Below, piece after piece: positions 12,191 to 22,347 of a stretch of DNA of 39,153 nucleotides. The stretch lies in the NCBI GenBank assembly GCA_012862495.1, contig BLSG01000235.1:64345-103497 (forward strand). Direction: 5' to 3'. The notes below the pieces were generated by a model, which was not told where the DNA came from, did not search any database, and worked only from the letters and a program-made list of their open reading frames with translations. Made by a program: the position numbers and the translations under genes. Each line of letters opens with the position of its first letter. The stretch's first letter is position 1. This DNA comes from Thraustochytrium aureum (Eukaryota).

Positions 12191-12994
12191 TCTGCCGGCC
12201 AAGCGGTGCGCCTGCCGCCGCCGCCGCGCTGCTGCTGCTGCTTCTGCCGGAATCGCAGGAGCGAGCCCCGAGACCGGCCAGGTGCCAGGGGCAGGCAGGG
12301 TTGCTGCCGCGTCGCGCTCGAAAATAACCTGGCCTGTCTGGCGATCGACGACCTTTTCGAAGAGACAAGGTGGCACCGTGCCTGGAACGCCGTCCAGATC
12401 AAAGCCCGGCGTCAAGAGCACGTCGTTCGCAGAGCGATACATTGGCAGCCCCACTGCGCTCGCCGCGGTCGTGTCAAGGTACACTAGGACTTGCGCCGAC
12501 TTGCGCATTCCGCTAATTACTTGGTCCTCGCCGGGCAGCCCAGCGGCAAAGTGGATGTGGTTGCGCCCCATTCGCCGGAGCCCAGCAGTGCGGATAGACC
12601 GCCACGCTTCAAAGTAGGTGCCATGTACACAGACGCTGATCTGTGCAAGGTCAACCTGCTCGAGCAGCGCGTCGGTGCAGACTGCCGCAATCGAGTGGCC
12701 CTGGTTGGCCCTGATCAGCCACTCGCCGTTTTCCTGGATCATAGAAAACCTCTTCTTGTCATTGTCTGCCACGACCCGATGGAAGGCGTCCAAGTCGTAG
12801 CTCTTGAACCGCTGCAAGCGCATGATATCATCGAGCTTGACGAAGCCGTCCGGTCTGATCGCGACGCCATCCTCAACGGCCGAGTGCCGCAAAAGCCTGC
12901 TCAGCGCCCTGGACAGCCTTTGGTCGTGGCCGTCCCCGTCGCCCTGCGGCCGCCTTCGCCTCCCGCCGCGCGCCTGTCGTCCACCGCGCTGCAT
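12134..12994 (-). CDS. TPT1: tRNA 2'-phosphotransferase (Tpt1/KptA family), intact catalytic domain
   Basis: ATG at 12994 (MQRGGRQ). Family motifs LSRLLRH, DGFV, DNDKKRF, IRANQGHS, HGT, GLRRMGRNHIHF, SGMR and SANDVLLT are present. Confidence 0.92.
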   Translation of the reverse strand: MQRGGRQARGGRRRRPQGDGDGHDQRLSRALSRLLRHSAVEDGVAIRPDGFVKLDDIMRLQRFKSYDLDAFHRVVADNDKKRFSMIQENGEWLIRANQGHSIAAVCTDALLEQVDLAQISVCVHGTYFEAWRSIRTAGLRRMGRNHIHFAAGLPGEDQVISGMRKSAQVLVYLDTTAASAVGLPMYRSANDVLLTPGFDLDGVPGTVPPCLFEKVVDRQTGQVIFERDAAATLPAPGTWPVSGLAPAIPAEAAAAARRRRQAHRLAGRGSWRSGEEGRGKAHQGAR

Positions 12995-13771
12995 CTTTTC
13001 AGGAAACCACTTCGAGGGCCGCTGATCGCGTCCAAAGCGGGGTGCTCTGCGTTGTTTTGGCACAACACTGCGGATCTGGGGCACCAGAACAACGCACGCA
13101 GTGCCTATCGTAGGTAAGTACTCGATCAACTTGCTTGCACAGGCGGATGTGGTGGCCGCCGGCGCTACAATGCGGTTGCTGTCCTCTCAGGCTGGATGGT
13201 GTTGTCTTGTTCATCAAGGTCGCTCGGCGCGATCCCGGAACGCTCCACAACGACACTGAAGTGAAAGCTGGTGCTCGCGGTTGCCCATGCGCGCCATGCT
13301 GGCCGATGAGTACTGTGTCTGGTGTTGGCCGCTGCGCTGGCCGCCGTGTAGCGCTGCGTATCGATGCCGCTTGTGTTGCAGCTCATGCTCTGTTGTGGAT
13401 GTGCTCGAGTGGGGAAAGATGAGGACAACTACGGAGCGCCTCCGCGCTCTGGCTTGCCTNNNNNNNNNNNNNNNNNNNNNNNNNNNNNNNNNNNNNNNNN
13501 NNNNNNNNNNNNNNNNNNNNNNNNNNNNAGCGACTTGCCAAACGGTTTGCGGTGTGCGTCAGTCGGTGCCGGAAGGTGGTCTGCGGCTCGGAGACCCTCG
13601 CTGCGCGATTGATTATTGGGCGGGTTGTTTCTCTATTTCCAGGAGGTGGCTAAACTTCAAAGGAGCACTTGATGAGCTCCATGTGCTTGACTTGCGCTCG
13701 CATCAATGAGCAGTAAGCAGTGGCGGTCATGACGCCAAGAGAGGAAGCCACTGGCTCGCTCAACCGCTCAA

Positions 13772-15067
13772 TCAGGCGAGGCGCTCAGAGCCCGAGTCGA
13801 GGACGGAAAACTTCATGTGCTTGGCGGTGAGACGCTTGATGAGCGTATGTCCCATGGTTGCCGGAGTCAGGATACCGCCCTTGAGGCCAGAGCCCAGGCG
13901 AACGCTGTCGAGCTCGAGCGCAAGGCAGAGCGCAGATTCGAGGAGCATTTTGGACGTCTCGGCGTAGCCCCCTTCATCTGAACCGAAAACCTTGGTGACG
14001 AGCGATTTCGGCGCACCATCAGCCTCCGCCACGAAGGTGAACTCAATGTAGCCGGGCTCGTACGCCGAAGTGCGCTCTGGAGGCGTCTGGCTCTGCTCGG
14101 GAACAAAGCGCCGAAGGAACGAGCTCCCGAACGGGAGCGCGAGAACAGCATAGAGGAGGCTACAGCCTAGCGCGATGAGAAACGCAAGAAGTGGGTTCGA
14201 GCAGGTCATCGCTTCCCTGTAGGAGAGCGCGGTCCCGTACTGGTCCTTGAGGAGCGCTTTGGATCGCATGACTGTCTTCTCGTTGACCCAGCTCATGACA
14301 AAGTGCGTTGTCCAGCGCTTCGATGGCAGCTTCGAGTCGTAGCTGATGAACAACTGCGGAGGCTTGTGCGTCGCTGGAGCACCCAGCACAAGCGCATTCG
14401 GGTTGTTAAAAATCTCGCGCGGGGCGTCGTCGAATGCGTTCAGCAACGAAATGAGGGTCCCGCCGCCGGGCTTGGGTCCGTTGCCCACTTTCACGAGGTT
14501 GTTTTGCTGAAAGCCGGTCATGTAGCCTCGCACCTCTTTGCAGGCGAGGTTGTAGCGTTTTCGCATGGCGTCCACCGCGAGAAACGTGCCGAGGTCTGAG
14601 GGCACGCTGTCGAAGCCGCAACTTGGGATGACGTGCACGCCCGCATCGCGAGCCGGGCCGTCGTACTTTGCGACCATCTCCCGCACCCACTGCGTTTCGC
14701 CAGTGATGTCGACGTAGTGCGTCCCGTTTTCAATGCACACTTTGACAAGGGGCTCTCCGAATTGCGCGAAGGGCCCTACGACGGAGGCGACGGCCTTTGT
14801 TCTCTTGACGGCAGCTGCGAGCTGGGCCTCGTTGCTGGCATCTGCAACAATAAGCTCGATGTCGTGGACCCAGGCCTGGCCTTGAACAAGTCGCGCGACG
14901 CGGTCGCGCACAGCCTCGAGCTTCGGCAGGCTGCGGCCGGCAAGCGCCCACTTGACGTGGCTGTGCGGCGAGTAGTTGAGCGCGAGGTACTCTGCGCAAT
15001 GCACGCCCGTCCACCCCGTGGCACCAAACACGACCACGTCGAACTCGCGCTTCTGAGCCGCCGCCAT
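13772..15067 (-). CDS. Saccharopine dehydrogenase-like oxidoreductase (SCCPDH / Rv2953-like family)
   Basis: Rossmann motif VVFGATGWTG, ALAGRS, VGPFAQFGEP, HYVDITGE, CGFDSVPSD, GGT, GYAETSKML and GGILTPA; 431-aa intact ORF. Confidence 0.9.
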   Translation of the reverse strand: MAAAQKREFDVVVFGATGWTGVHCAEYLALNYSPHSHVKWALAGRSLPKLEAVRDRVARLVQGQAWVHDIELIVADASNEAQLAAAVKRTKAVASVVGPFAQFGEPLVKVCIENGTHYVDITGETQWVREMVAKYDGPARDAGVHVIPSCGFDSVPSDLGTFLAVDAMRKRYNLACKEVRGYMTGFQQNNLVKVGNGPKPGGGTLISLLNAFDDAPREIFNNPNALVLGAPATHKPPQLFISYDSKLPSKRWTTHFVMSWVNEKTVMRSKALLKDQYGTALSYREAMTCSNPLLAFLIALGCSLLYAVLALPFGSSFLRRFVPEQSQTPPERTSAYEPGYIEFTFVAEADGAPKSLVTKVFGSDEGGYAETSKMLLESALCLALELDSVRLGSGLKGGILTPATMGHTLIKRLTAKHMKFSVLDSGSERLA

Positions 15068-15680
15068 CTCGCGCGCTCTCTAGGGTCGGTAGCTTGGAGA
15101 AGACCGCGGTGCTGGTTTGCGTGTCGTGTCAATCCGGGCAGCGATTCGGGTCTGCAATCTGCGGGCTGTCTCTGGAGTTGGAGTGAGCTTCACGAGCTCG
15201 TTGTTCGTGGCTCGGAGTTTCCGATTGGAAAAAAAAGCAGCTCCTCCATGCGCATGGCTTGTGGTCCGGCCCGAATTTGGGCCTCACCGCGCAACGTCGA
15301 CGCGCAAGAGGTACAAGCCCGAGGGGGCCCAGGGTACTCGCGGCGCGGTGTCGCCACTGTCTTTCTTGGTGTCGTTGCGCGCGTGGAAACTGGCCCGCTC
15401 CACAAGGTGAACGAATGTTCGCGTCATGAATCTCCTCAGCGGCCACGGCCAGCCTGCGTGGCTGACGAGCCAATCCATACCGCAGAGCGACAGTTTCAAT
15501 CGAGTAGCAGATAAAATGACAGTTTGGGTTGAGGTTTGTGAGACATGGCTGGTTTCTGGCCGTTTTGGCGCACGGTATGATGGCACACGACCCGCATACG
15601 TTTGCGGGCCCAGCGGGCCTCGCTCTTGCTGTGACTCGGACGAAACGCTGGTCTCGCGTCTTTGATCTACCGGTTGGCGG

Positions 15681-15894
15681 TCATTCGTGCCGCCGCTTCT
15701 TTTTCTTGTCCTTTTTCTCCTTCTTGTCCTTTTTGTGTTTCTTGGCGGCGGCTTCGGTGCCTTCCGCGACCGCGGCTTCCTCGGCCGCGGAGCTCGACCT
15801 TGGCCGCTTGCTGTGCCCGGCGGAGAGGTCGCCAAGCCCGCGGCGCTCGCCGAGGTGCACAAAGGTGGTTGTGAACTTGATCTGGGCCCGCGGA
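15681..15894 (-). CDS. 3' end of a gene with a Lys-rich KKD/E tail (probable nucleolar protein); 5' part lost in gap 15895-16692
   Basis: The minus strand reads PRAQIKFTTTFVHLGERRGLG...AEEAAVAEGTEAAAKKHKKDKKEKKDKKKKRRHE* with TGA at 15683-15681. This frame is absent from the ORF track. Confidence 0.6.
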
Positions 15895-16824
15895 NNNNNN
15901 NNNNNNNNNNNNNNNNNNNNNNNNNNNNNNNNNNNNNNNNNNNNNNNNNNNNNNNNNNNNNNNNNNNNNNNNNNNNNNNNNNNNNNNNNNNNNNNNNNNN
16001 NNNNNNNNNNNNNNNNNNNNNNNNNNNNNNNNNNNNNNNNNNNNNNNNNNNNNNNNNNNNNNNNNNNNNNNNNNNNNNNNNNNNNNNNNNNNNNNNNNNN
16101 NNNNNNNNNNNNNNNNNNNNNNNNNNNNNNNNNNNNNNNNNNNNNNNNNNNNNNNNNNNNNNNNNNNNNNNNNNNNNNNNNNNNNNNNNNNNNNNNNNNN
16201 NNNNNNNNNNNNNNNNNNNNNNNNNNNNNNNNNNNNNNNNNNNNNNNNNNNNNNNNNNNNNNNNNNNNNNNNNNNNNNNNNNNNNNNNNNNNNNNNNNNN
16301 NNNNNNNNNNNNNNNNNNNNNNNNNNNNNNNNNNNNNNNNNNNNNNNNNNNNNNNNNNNNNNNNNNNNNNNNNNNNNNNNNNNNNNNNNNNNNNNNNNNN
16401 NNNNNNNNNNNNNNNNNNNNNNNNNNNNNNNNNNNNNNNNNNNNNNNNNNNNNNNNNNNNNNNNNNNNNNNNNNNNNNNNNNNNNNNNNNNNNNNNNNNN
16501 NNNNNNNNNNNNNNNNNNNNNNNNNNNNNNNNNNNNNNNNNNNNNNNNNNNNNNNNNNNNNNNNNNNNNNNNNNNNNNNNNNNNNNNNNNNNNNNNNNNN
16601 NNNNNNNNNNNNNNNNNNNNNNNNNNNNNNNNNNNNNNNNNNNNNNNNNNNNNNNNNNNNNNNNNNNNNNNNNNNNNNNNNNNNNNNNNNNNTCGGCCTG
16701 GGCCTCGGTCGGCTCAGCGACCTTGCGCGGCTTGCTCGGCCTGCCTCATTGCTCCTGACGAAGAAACCAAGCGAGGCCGACGCGGACCGTACCTGCTCGG
16801 CTCGCGGCGTCCCCGTACCTCAAC

Positions 16825-17981
16825 ATGACCGGGGGTCGCTCGGAAGCGCAAGACACAGCGCAGGCAGGGTACGGCCCACGGAGTTTACTGGTCGCGGCGA
16901 GCATTGGCGCTCTCGGCGTCGCGGCGGCGTGGGCTGCGGTTGTGGCTGCTCGAACCCGAGTACGCGATGCACGAAGAGTGCGACGCGGGTTTGCAGACCT
17001 GGTTGGCGGCACCCCCATCGTACGGATTGCGAGCCTAAGCGATGAGACTGGGTGCGAGATTCTGTGCAAGTGCGAGTACCTCAATCCTGGAGGGAGCAGC
17101 AAGGACCGGGTGGCGGAAAATATCGTCGCCGAGGCTGAGGCGAATGGCGACCTGGTCCCAGGCGGGACAATCGTGGAAGGAACATCGGGGAGCACAGGGA
17201 TTAGTCTCGCGCAAGTCGCCCGCGCGAAAGGGTATGAGTGCGTAATTGTAATGCCAGACGACCAGGCAGTGGAGAAACGGGAGCTGCTGGCGAAAATGGG
17301 CGCCAGGTCGAGTTAGTCCGGCCTTCGTCGATTGTGAACGACCAGCACTATGTCAAAGTCGCCCGCAAGGTTGCAGAGGAAATCCCTGGTGGGTTCTTTG
17401 CCAACCAGTTTGAAAACCTTGCCAACTTTCGGGCGCACCTGCGGCACACCGGGCCAGAGATCTGGGAGCAAACCGGAGGACATGTCGATGCATTTGTCAT
17501 GTCGGCAGGAACAGGCGGCACCATCGCAGGGGTGGGCAGCTTTCTTAAGGCGAGGCGGCCCAGCATCAGCGTGGTCCTCGCAGACCCGCAGGGGTCGAGC
17601 TTGTTTCACAAGGTAAACGACGGCGTCCTCTTTACTCTCGAACAGGCCGAGCGCCGGCTGCGCCGGCACAGGGACGACACAATCACCGAAGGGATCGGCA
17701 TCGACAGGCTCACGGCCAACTTTGAGGCCGGACTTGACTCGATAGACAACGCGATTCGCGTCACCGACAAGGAGGTGGTGGCCATGTCCAGGCACCTCCT
17801 GGCTGCAGACGGGCTCTTTGTGGGCAGCTCGTCAGCGCTCAACCTTGTCGCCGCTCGCAAGGTTGCTCAAGACCTCGGCCCTGGTCACACAGTCGTGACG
17901 GTGATCTGTGGCGGGGGCGCGCGAGAAATGACCAAACTGTACAACGACGAGTACTTGCGAGGCCGCGGCTTGCTCGAGTAG
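16825..17981 (+). CDS. Cysteine synthase-like PLP enzyme with N-terminal membrane anchor (yeast Mcy1 / S. pombe Cys12 type); 1-nt deletion at ~17305
   Basis: TP, KCEYLNPGGSSKDR (PLP Lys), EGTSGSTG, NQFEN, GTGGT, EGIG and GLFVGSSS are present. There is an N-terminal hydrophobic stretch LLVAASIGALGVAAAWAAVVAA and an RRHRDDTITEGIG segment typical of the Mcy1-like clade. Joined from ORFs 16825-17316 and 17238-17981. Confidence 0.88.
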
Positions 17982-18154
17982 ACCGGCAGGCGAGGGTGGG
18001 CATCCTGAGTGAGCTTTCCAACGGAACGCAGCTCCACAACCGAGCACGGTCGCGGCAACACGCGCCGTGCAAGCAGAGAGAGTATAGAGTATCATTTCTT
18101 TAAATCATCGGGAGCTCGCCCGCGCGCAGCACGACGCAGAGGGCTGCAACGCGA

Positions 18155-18813
18155 CTAGTTCATGCAACTCTCGTAGGTGGGCACAATGTACTTGATGTTC
18201 ACAAAGGCGTCCTCCCCGCCATATCGCTCAAACAGCTCGAGGGTCTGCTGAATGAGGTCGCCAAGGTTGTCGTTCCTCTGCTGCGAATAGTCGATCGCGT
18301 CCCCAAGGTTGGTGTTCTTGTTCTTGAACACGTTGAAAACCGGCAGGATCTGCCTGTAGTAGGGGACAAGGGCCTGGCCAATCATTCCGCCGCCCTCCTG
18401 GGTGACGTCCGCCACAACGAGCGCCTGCAGAACGCGGATCACACGGACCATAACACGCGGGTCGCGCGTCGCGAGCGCCGTCTTGATGGGGATGATCAGC
18501 TGGGGAATGACCTGTGCAAGCGGCAGGGGACGCGTCAGAAAGAATGTCCAAGTCGCTGGCGAAGCAATGGCGGGCGGGCGCCCAACGGCGAGGGTGCAAA
18601 GCAAAAGCAAACGGAACTTACGGGAAGGATCTTGCGGCCGCCCACAGAGATCATGTCCTTGACGCCCTCTTCTGCCAGGAAGCAGTACGGAAGCTCCGTC
18701 TCGCGCAGGCCGTCGAAGAAGAGGGGGAGGTAGTGGTGGTAGTCGAGCTGCTCCACCGGGAGCTTCCAGGCGATTTTGGGGATCGACCCGTTTTGGTCCA
18801 CATTGACCGGGAG
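18155..18813 (-). CDS. PACRG: Parkin co-regulated gene protein (axonemal inner-junction protein); exons 18622->18813 and 18155-18511, 5' part in gap
   Basis: [64 protein letters not shown] and [19 protein letters not shown]. Confidence 0.95.
18512..18621 (-). other. Spliceosomal intron (110 nt) in PACRG
   Basis: The minus strand begins GTAAGT, has CTGAC near the 3' end and ends TTGCACAG. Removal restores the conserved KILPVIPQL in phase 0. Confidence 0.93.
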
Positions 18814-19759
18814 NNNNNNNNNNNNNNNNNNNNNNNNNNNNNNNNNNNNNNNNNNNNNNNNNNNNNNNNNNNNNNNNNNNNNNNNNNNNNNNNNNNNNNN
18901 NNNNNNNNNNNNNNNNNNNNNNNNNNNNNNNNNNNNNNNNNNNNNNNNNNNNNNNNNNNNNNNNNNNNNNNNNNNNNNNNNNNNNNNNNNNNNNNNNNNN
19001 NNNNNNNNNNNNNNNNNNNNNNNNNNNNNNNNNNNNNNNNNNNNNNNNNNNNNNNNNNNNNNNNNNNNNNNNNNNNNNNNNNNNNNNNNNNNNNNNNNNN
19101 NNNNNNNNNNNNNNNNNNNNNNNNNNNNNNNNNNNNNNNNNNNNNNNNNNNNNNNNNNNNNNNNNNNNNNNNNNCTGCTGATTCTGCTCCGCGTCCACTG
19201 GCTATGATGCACTGATGCTCTGCCGCCTCGTTCATTCACACGAGCTCGCGAGTGCACTTTCGGTGTGGTCGGACTCTCAACGGATAGGTCGACAGTCGAT
19301 GTTAGGACACGCAGGGGTGGCGGCCCAGGGCCGGCCTTGGGGCGACGTGGCGGGTGCGGCCTCCGCGGAGCACGTGGCGTTTACATTTGCTCGTCTCCAG
19401 AGGGCGCTCTCTTCTCTCGCTGGCTGGGCGTGCGGCAGAAGGCTCGCTCCCTAGCAGCGTAACGGATCGATTCTCGCTCCGGCGAGCGCCGATGTTGTTC
19501 ACGAAGCCGCTCCGCCGTCCCTCGTTGGGACCAGCCAGCCGACGCTGCTCGCTTGTCGGCATCCCGCGCGACAACTACGGCCTTGTGTTTGGAGATCGCA
19601 AGGTCGTGCGTTGAGCTCTGCGATGCGCGATGTAATTAACTACGAGAGAGAGTCTTCCTCATGCAGCCAAAGACGGGGCGTCTCTGCGCGCGATGGAGGC
19701 CGCGTGCTGAAGAGCCCCCAGACCAGGCCCATAGGAACCAGACTGACAACCCAAAGTCT

Positions 19760-19996
19760 GAAGACGGCGAAGCGCCTGGCGGATAATGGCCTTGCGATGG
19801 TGACATTTTGTTAAAAAAAACACAGATTGCTGCACCAAGCATCCTCTTCGCGGAGCAGCCGGAGACAACCAGCTGAAGCCTGCGTGCCCCATCCGCCGGT
19901 GGCCTCCATCACGAAGGGTAGGAAGGTCTTGCCGGAGAGCGACACGTTAGCTGCATGTTTGCTGTTTTTTCCAGCTTGGCGAATCGGCGCGGCGCG
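19760..19996 (-). mobile_element. Putative decayed fragment of a non-LTR retrotransposon (C-terminal part of a restriction-like endonuclease domain)
   Basis: Translation [49 protein letters not shown] resembles the RLE consensus AAxxRExxKxxKY...FxPfvxExxGgWgxxAxxxLxxL of CRE/NeSL/R2-type elements. It has no start codon of its own and is disrupted downstream. Confidence 0.55.
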
Positions 19997-20061
19997 GTTG
20001 AAAGAGCAAGACTTTTGGAGAGCAAATTGGTTTGTGCTGTGCTGCTTGACTCGCGCAAGGC

Positions 20062-21242
20062 CTAGGCCATCCAGGACGGCGTGCGGAAGCTCGCGCCAGC
20101 ATAGACGGCGCGGTTGCCGAGCTCCTCCTCGATGCGCAGGATGCGGTTGTACTTGGCAGTGCGCTCCGAGCGGCGGGGGCACCGGCCTTGATCTCGCCGG
20201 TGCAGAGGCCAACGGCGAGATCAGCGATGGTGGTGTCCTCGGTCTCGCCGCTGCGGTGGCTGGTCATGACACCCCAGCCATTCTGCTTGGAGAGCTTGAC
20301 GGCGTTGATGGACTCTGTGATGGAGCCAATCTGGTTGACCTTGAGGAGGAGCGCGTTGGCCGCCTTGGTGTCGATGGCCTTCTGGATCTTGGACATGTTG
20401 GTCACGGTGAGGTCGTCGCCGACAACCTGGATCTTGTTCTCCATCTTGGCGACAAACTTGGACCAGTTGCCCCAGTCGTCCTCGTCAAAGGCATCCTCGA
20501 TCGTGACGATCGGGTACTTGGCGCAGAGGTCCTGGTAGTACTGCATGAGCTCCTCCCCGGTGATGATTGCCTTGGGGTCTTTGCCAGCCCCCTTGGTCTT
20601 AAAGTCGAGGTCGTACTTGTCCTCCCCCTTGACCTTGAACTCGGAGCTCGCCACGTCGAGGCCCACGACGACCTTGCCCTCGTGGCCGGCAGCCTTGATG
20701 GCCTCCATCAGGAGCTCGAGGCCCTGAGTGGCGTCGCACGGGGGCGCGAAGCCGCCCTCGTCGCCGATCAGGGTCGCGTCACCGCCGTACTTTTCCTTGA
20801 TGACCTTCTTGAGCACATGGTAGCACTCGGTGGAGATCTGCATGGCCTCGCTGAACGAGTTGGCCACGGTGGGGATCATGAAAAACTCCTGAAAGGCGAG
20901 CTTGTTGCCGGCGTGCGATCCACCGTTGATCACGTTGAGGCACGGGGTAGGCATCGTGAAGGTTTTCTCGGTGTTGCCGGCGAGGTCGGCAAAGTGCTCG
21001 TAGAGCTGCACTTTCTTGGCGGCAGCGCCGGCGTGCGCAGCGGCCATCGACACGCCCAAGATGGCGTTGGCTCCGAGCTCGGTCTTGTTCGGGGTTCCGT
21101 CCAGCTTGATCATGGCCGCGTCGAGCTTCTCCTGGTCGGTGACGTCCATGCCGATGACGAGCTTGGCGATCTTGTCGTTGACGTTGCCAACGGCCTTGAG
21201 GCAGCCCTTGCCCATGTAGCGCTTTTCCGCCGTCGCGCAGCT
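20062..21242 (-). CDS. ENO: Enolase, 5' end in gap; apparent indels at ~21225 and ~20176
   Basis: [68 protein letters not shown] and SHRSGETED are present. Restoring one base gives [23 protein letters not shown]...RTPSWMA* (TAG at 20064-20062). Confidence 0.96.
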
Positions 21243-21963
21243 NNNNNNNNNNNNNNNNNNNNNNNNNNNNNNNNNNNNNNNNNNNNNNNNNNNNNNNNNN
21301 NNNNNNNNNNNNNNNNNNNNNNNNNNNNNNNNNNNNNNNNNNNNNNNNNNNNNNNNNNNNNNNNNNNNNNNNNNNNNNNNNNNNNNNNNNNNNNNNNNNN
21401 NNNNNNNNNNNNNNNNNNNNNNNNNNNNNNNNNNNNNNNNNNNNNNNNNNNNNNNNNNNNNNNNNNNNNNNNNNNNNNNNNNNNNNNNNNNNNNNNNNNN
21501 NNNNNNNNNNNNNNNNNNNNNNNNNNNNNNNNNNNNNNNNNNNNNNNNNNNNNNNNNNNNNNNNNNNNNNNNNNNNNNNNNNNNCCAGGTCAGCTTGCGC
21601 TGCTGCGTCGCTCGCGGCCGCCTCGTCCGTCGTCGTGCAACCCGCGCAGCGGCCACGGCGCGTAAGGCGCTTCCGCCGCACCTCACACCCTTGGCAGCGC
21701 TCCAGATACGCCTGCGGGCCGCACCTCGACGCTACGGACGCGCTCGGCGCCCTTAAGGTGGATCGCACCTCGCCGCTCCGGCGAACAGTACGCGAACCTT
21801 GCTCTGCGCGACTGTTTCTTTTAATAGTTGCACACTTGGACGAACGGCGGTGGCCAGGGAGAGAAGCAAGCGGGAGGAGGTGGAGCACGTAAACCAGAAA
21901 CAGAGCCCCACAGCTAGTGGATTCTGTACCTTGCAACCTGGATCGACGATCCTCGCTTCAAAC

Positions 21964-22230
21964 GAGCAGTTCTTTCGATTCAACCAAAATGAACAGTTCT
22001 TTCATAACGAACAGTTCTTTCGATTCAACCAAAATGAACAGTTCTTTCATAACGAACAGTTCTTTTGATTCAAAATGATGAACTGTTCTTTCGATTCAAA
22101 TGTTCTTTCGATTCAAAATGAACTGTTCTTTCGATCCTGGACAAAAACGAACGCTCTGAAGTTCTCTGCAGATCACTTCCAGGAATAGTTCTTTCCGTTA
22201 AAGGGTTCCTCTCCGAAGGAACAGTTCTTT
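21964..22230. repeat. AT-rich minisatellite with palindromic core GAAC(A/T)GTTC-TTTC and a 45-bp (27+18) higher-order unit
   Basis: Core copies or variants start at 21964, 21991, 22009, 22036, 22054, 22080, 22120, 22183 and 22219. Confidence 0.9.
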
Positions 22231-22347
22231 AGGTCTTGGAAGGGGGAGGGAACAAAGCGAGTCTGGAGGAACCACCCGTCGGACTGGCAGGGGCTGGGGA
22301 GCGCTCGGCAGTCGCGGTCGGGGCTGGTCGTTGGGCGGCGGCGGTGC

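Noticed and set aside
13110..13460. Plus-strand gene suggested by GTAAGT (13115) and TTGCACAG (13142)
   Set aside because: The implied intron would be only ~28 nt and the adjacent ORFs have no recognisable features.
21060..21110. Plant/apicomplexan-type EWGWC insertion in enolase
   Set aside because: The sequence reads [13 protein letters not shown], so the insertion is absent.
21964..22230. CRISPR array, heat-shock element or LexA box
   Set aside because: The linkers are short and themselves repeated, there are no cas genes and the context is eukaryotic. GAA-TTC spacing is 3 nt rather than the 2 of an HSE, and the GAAC-GTTC spacer is 1 nt rather than 4.
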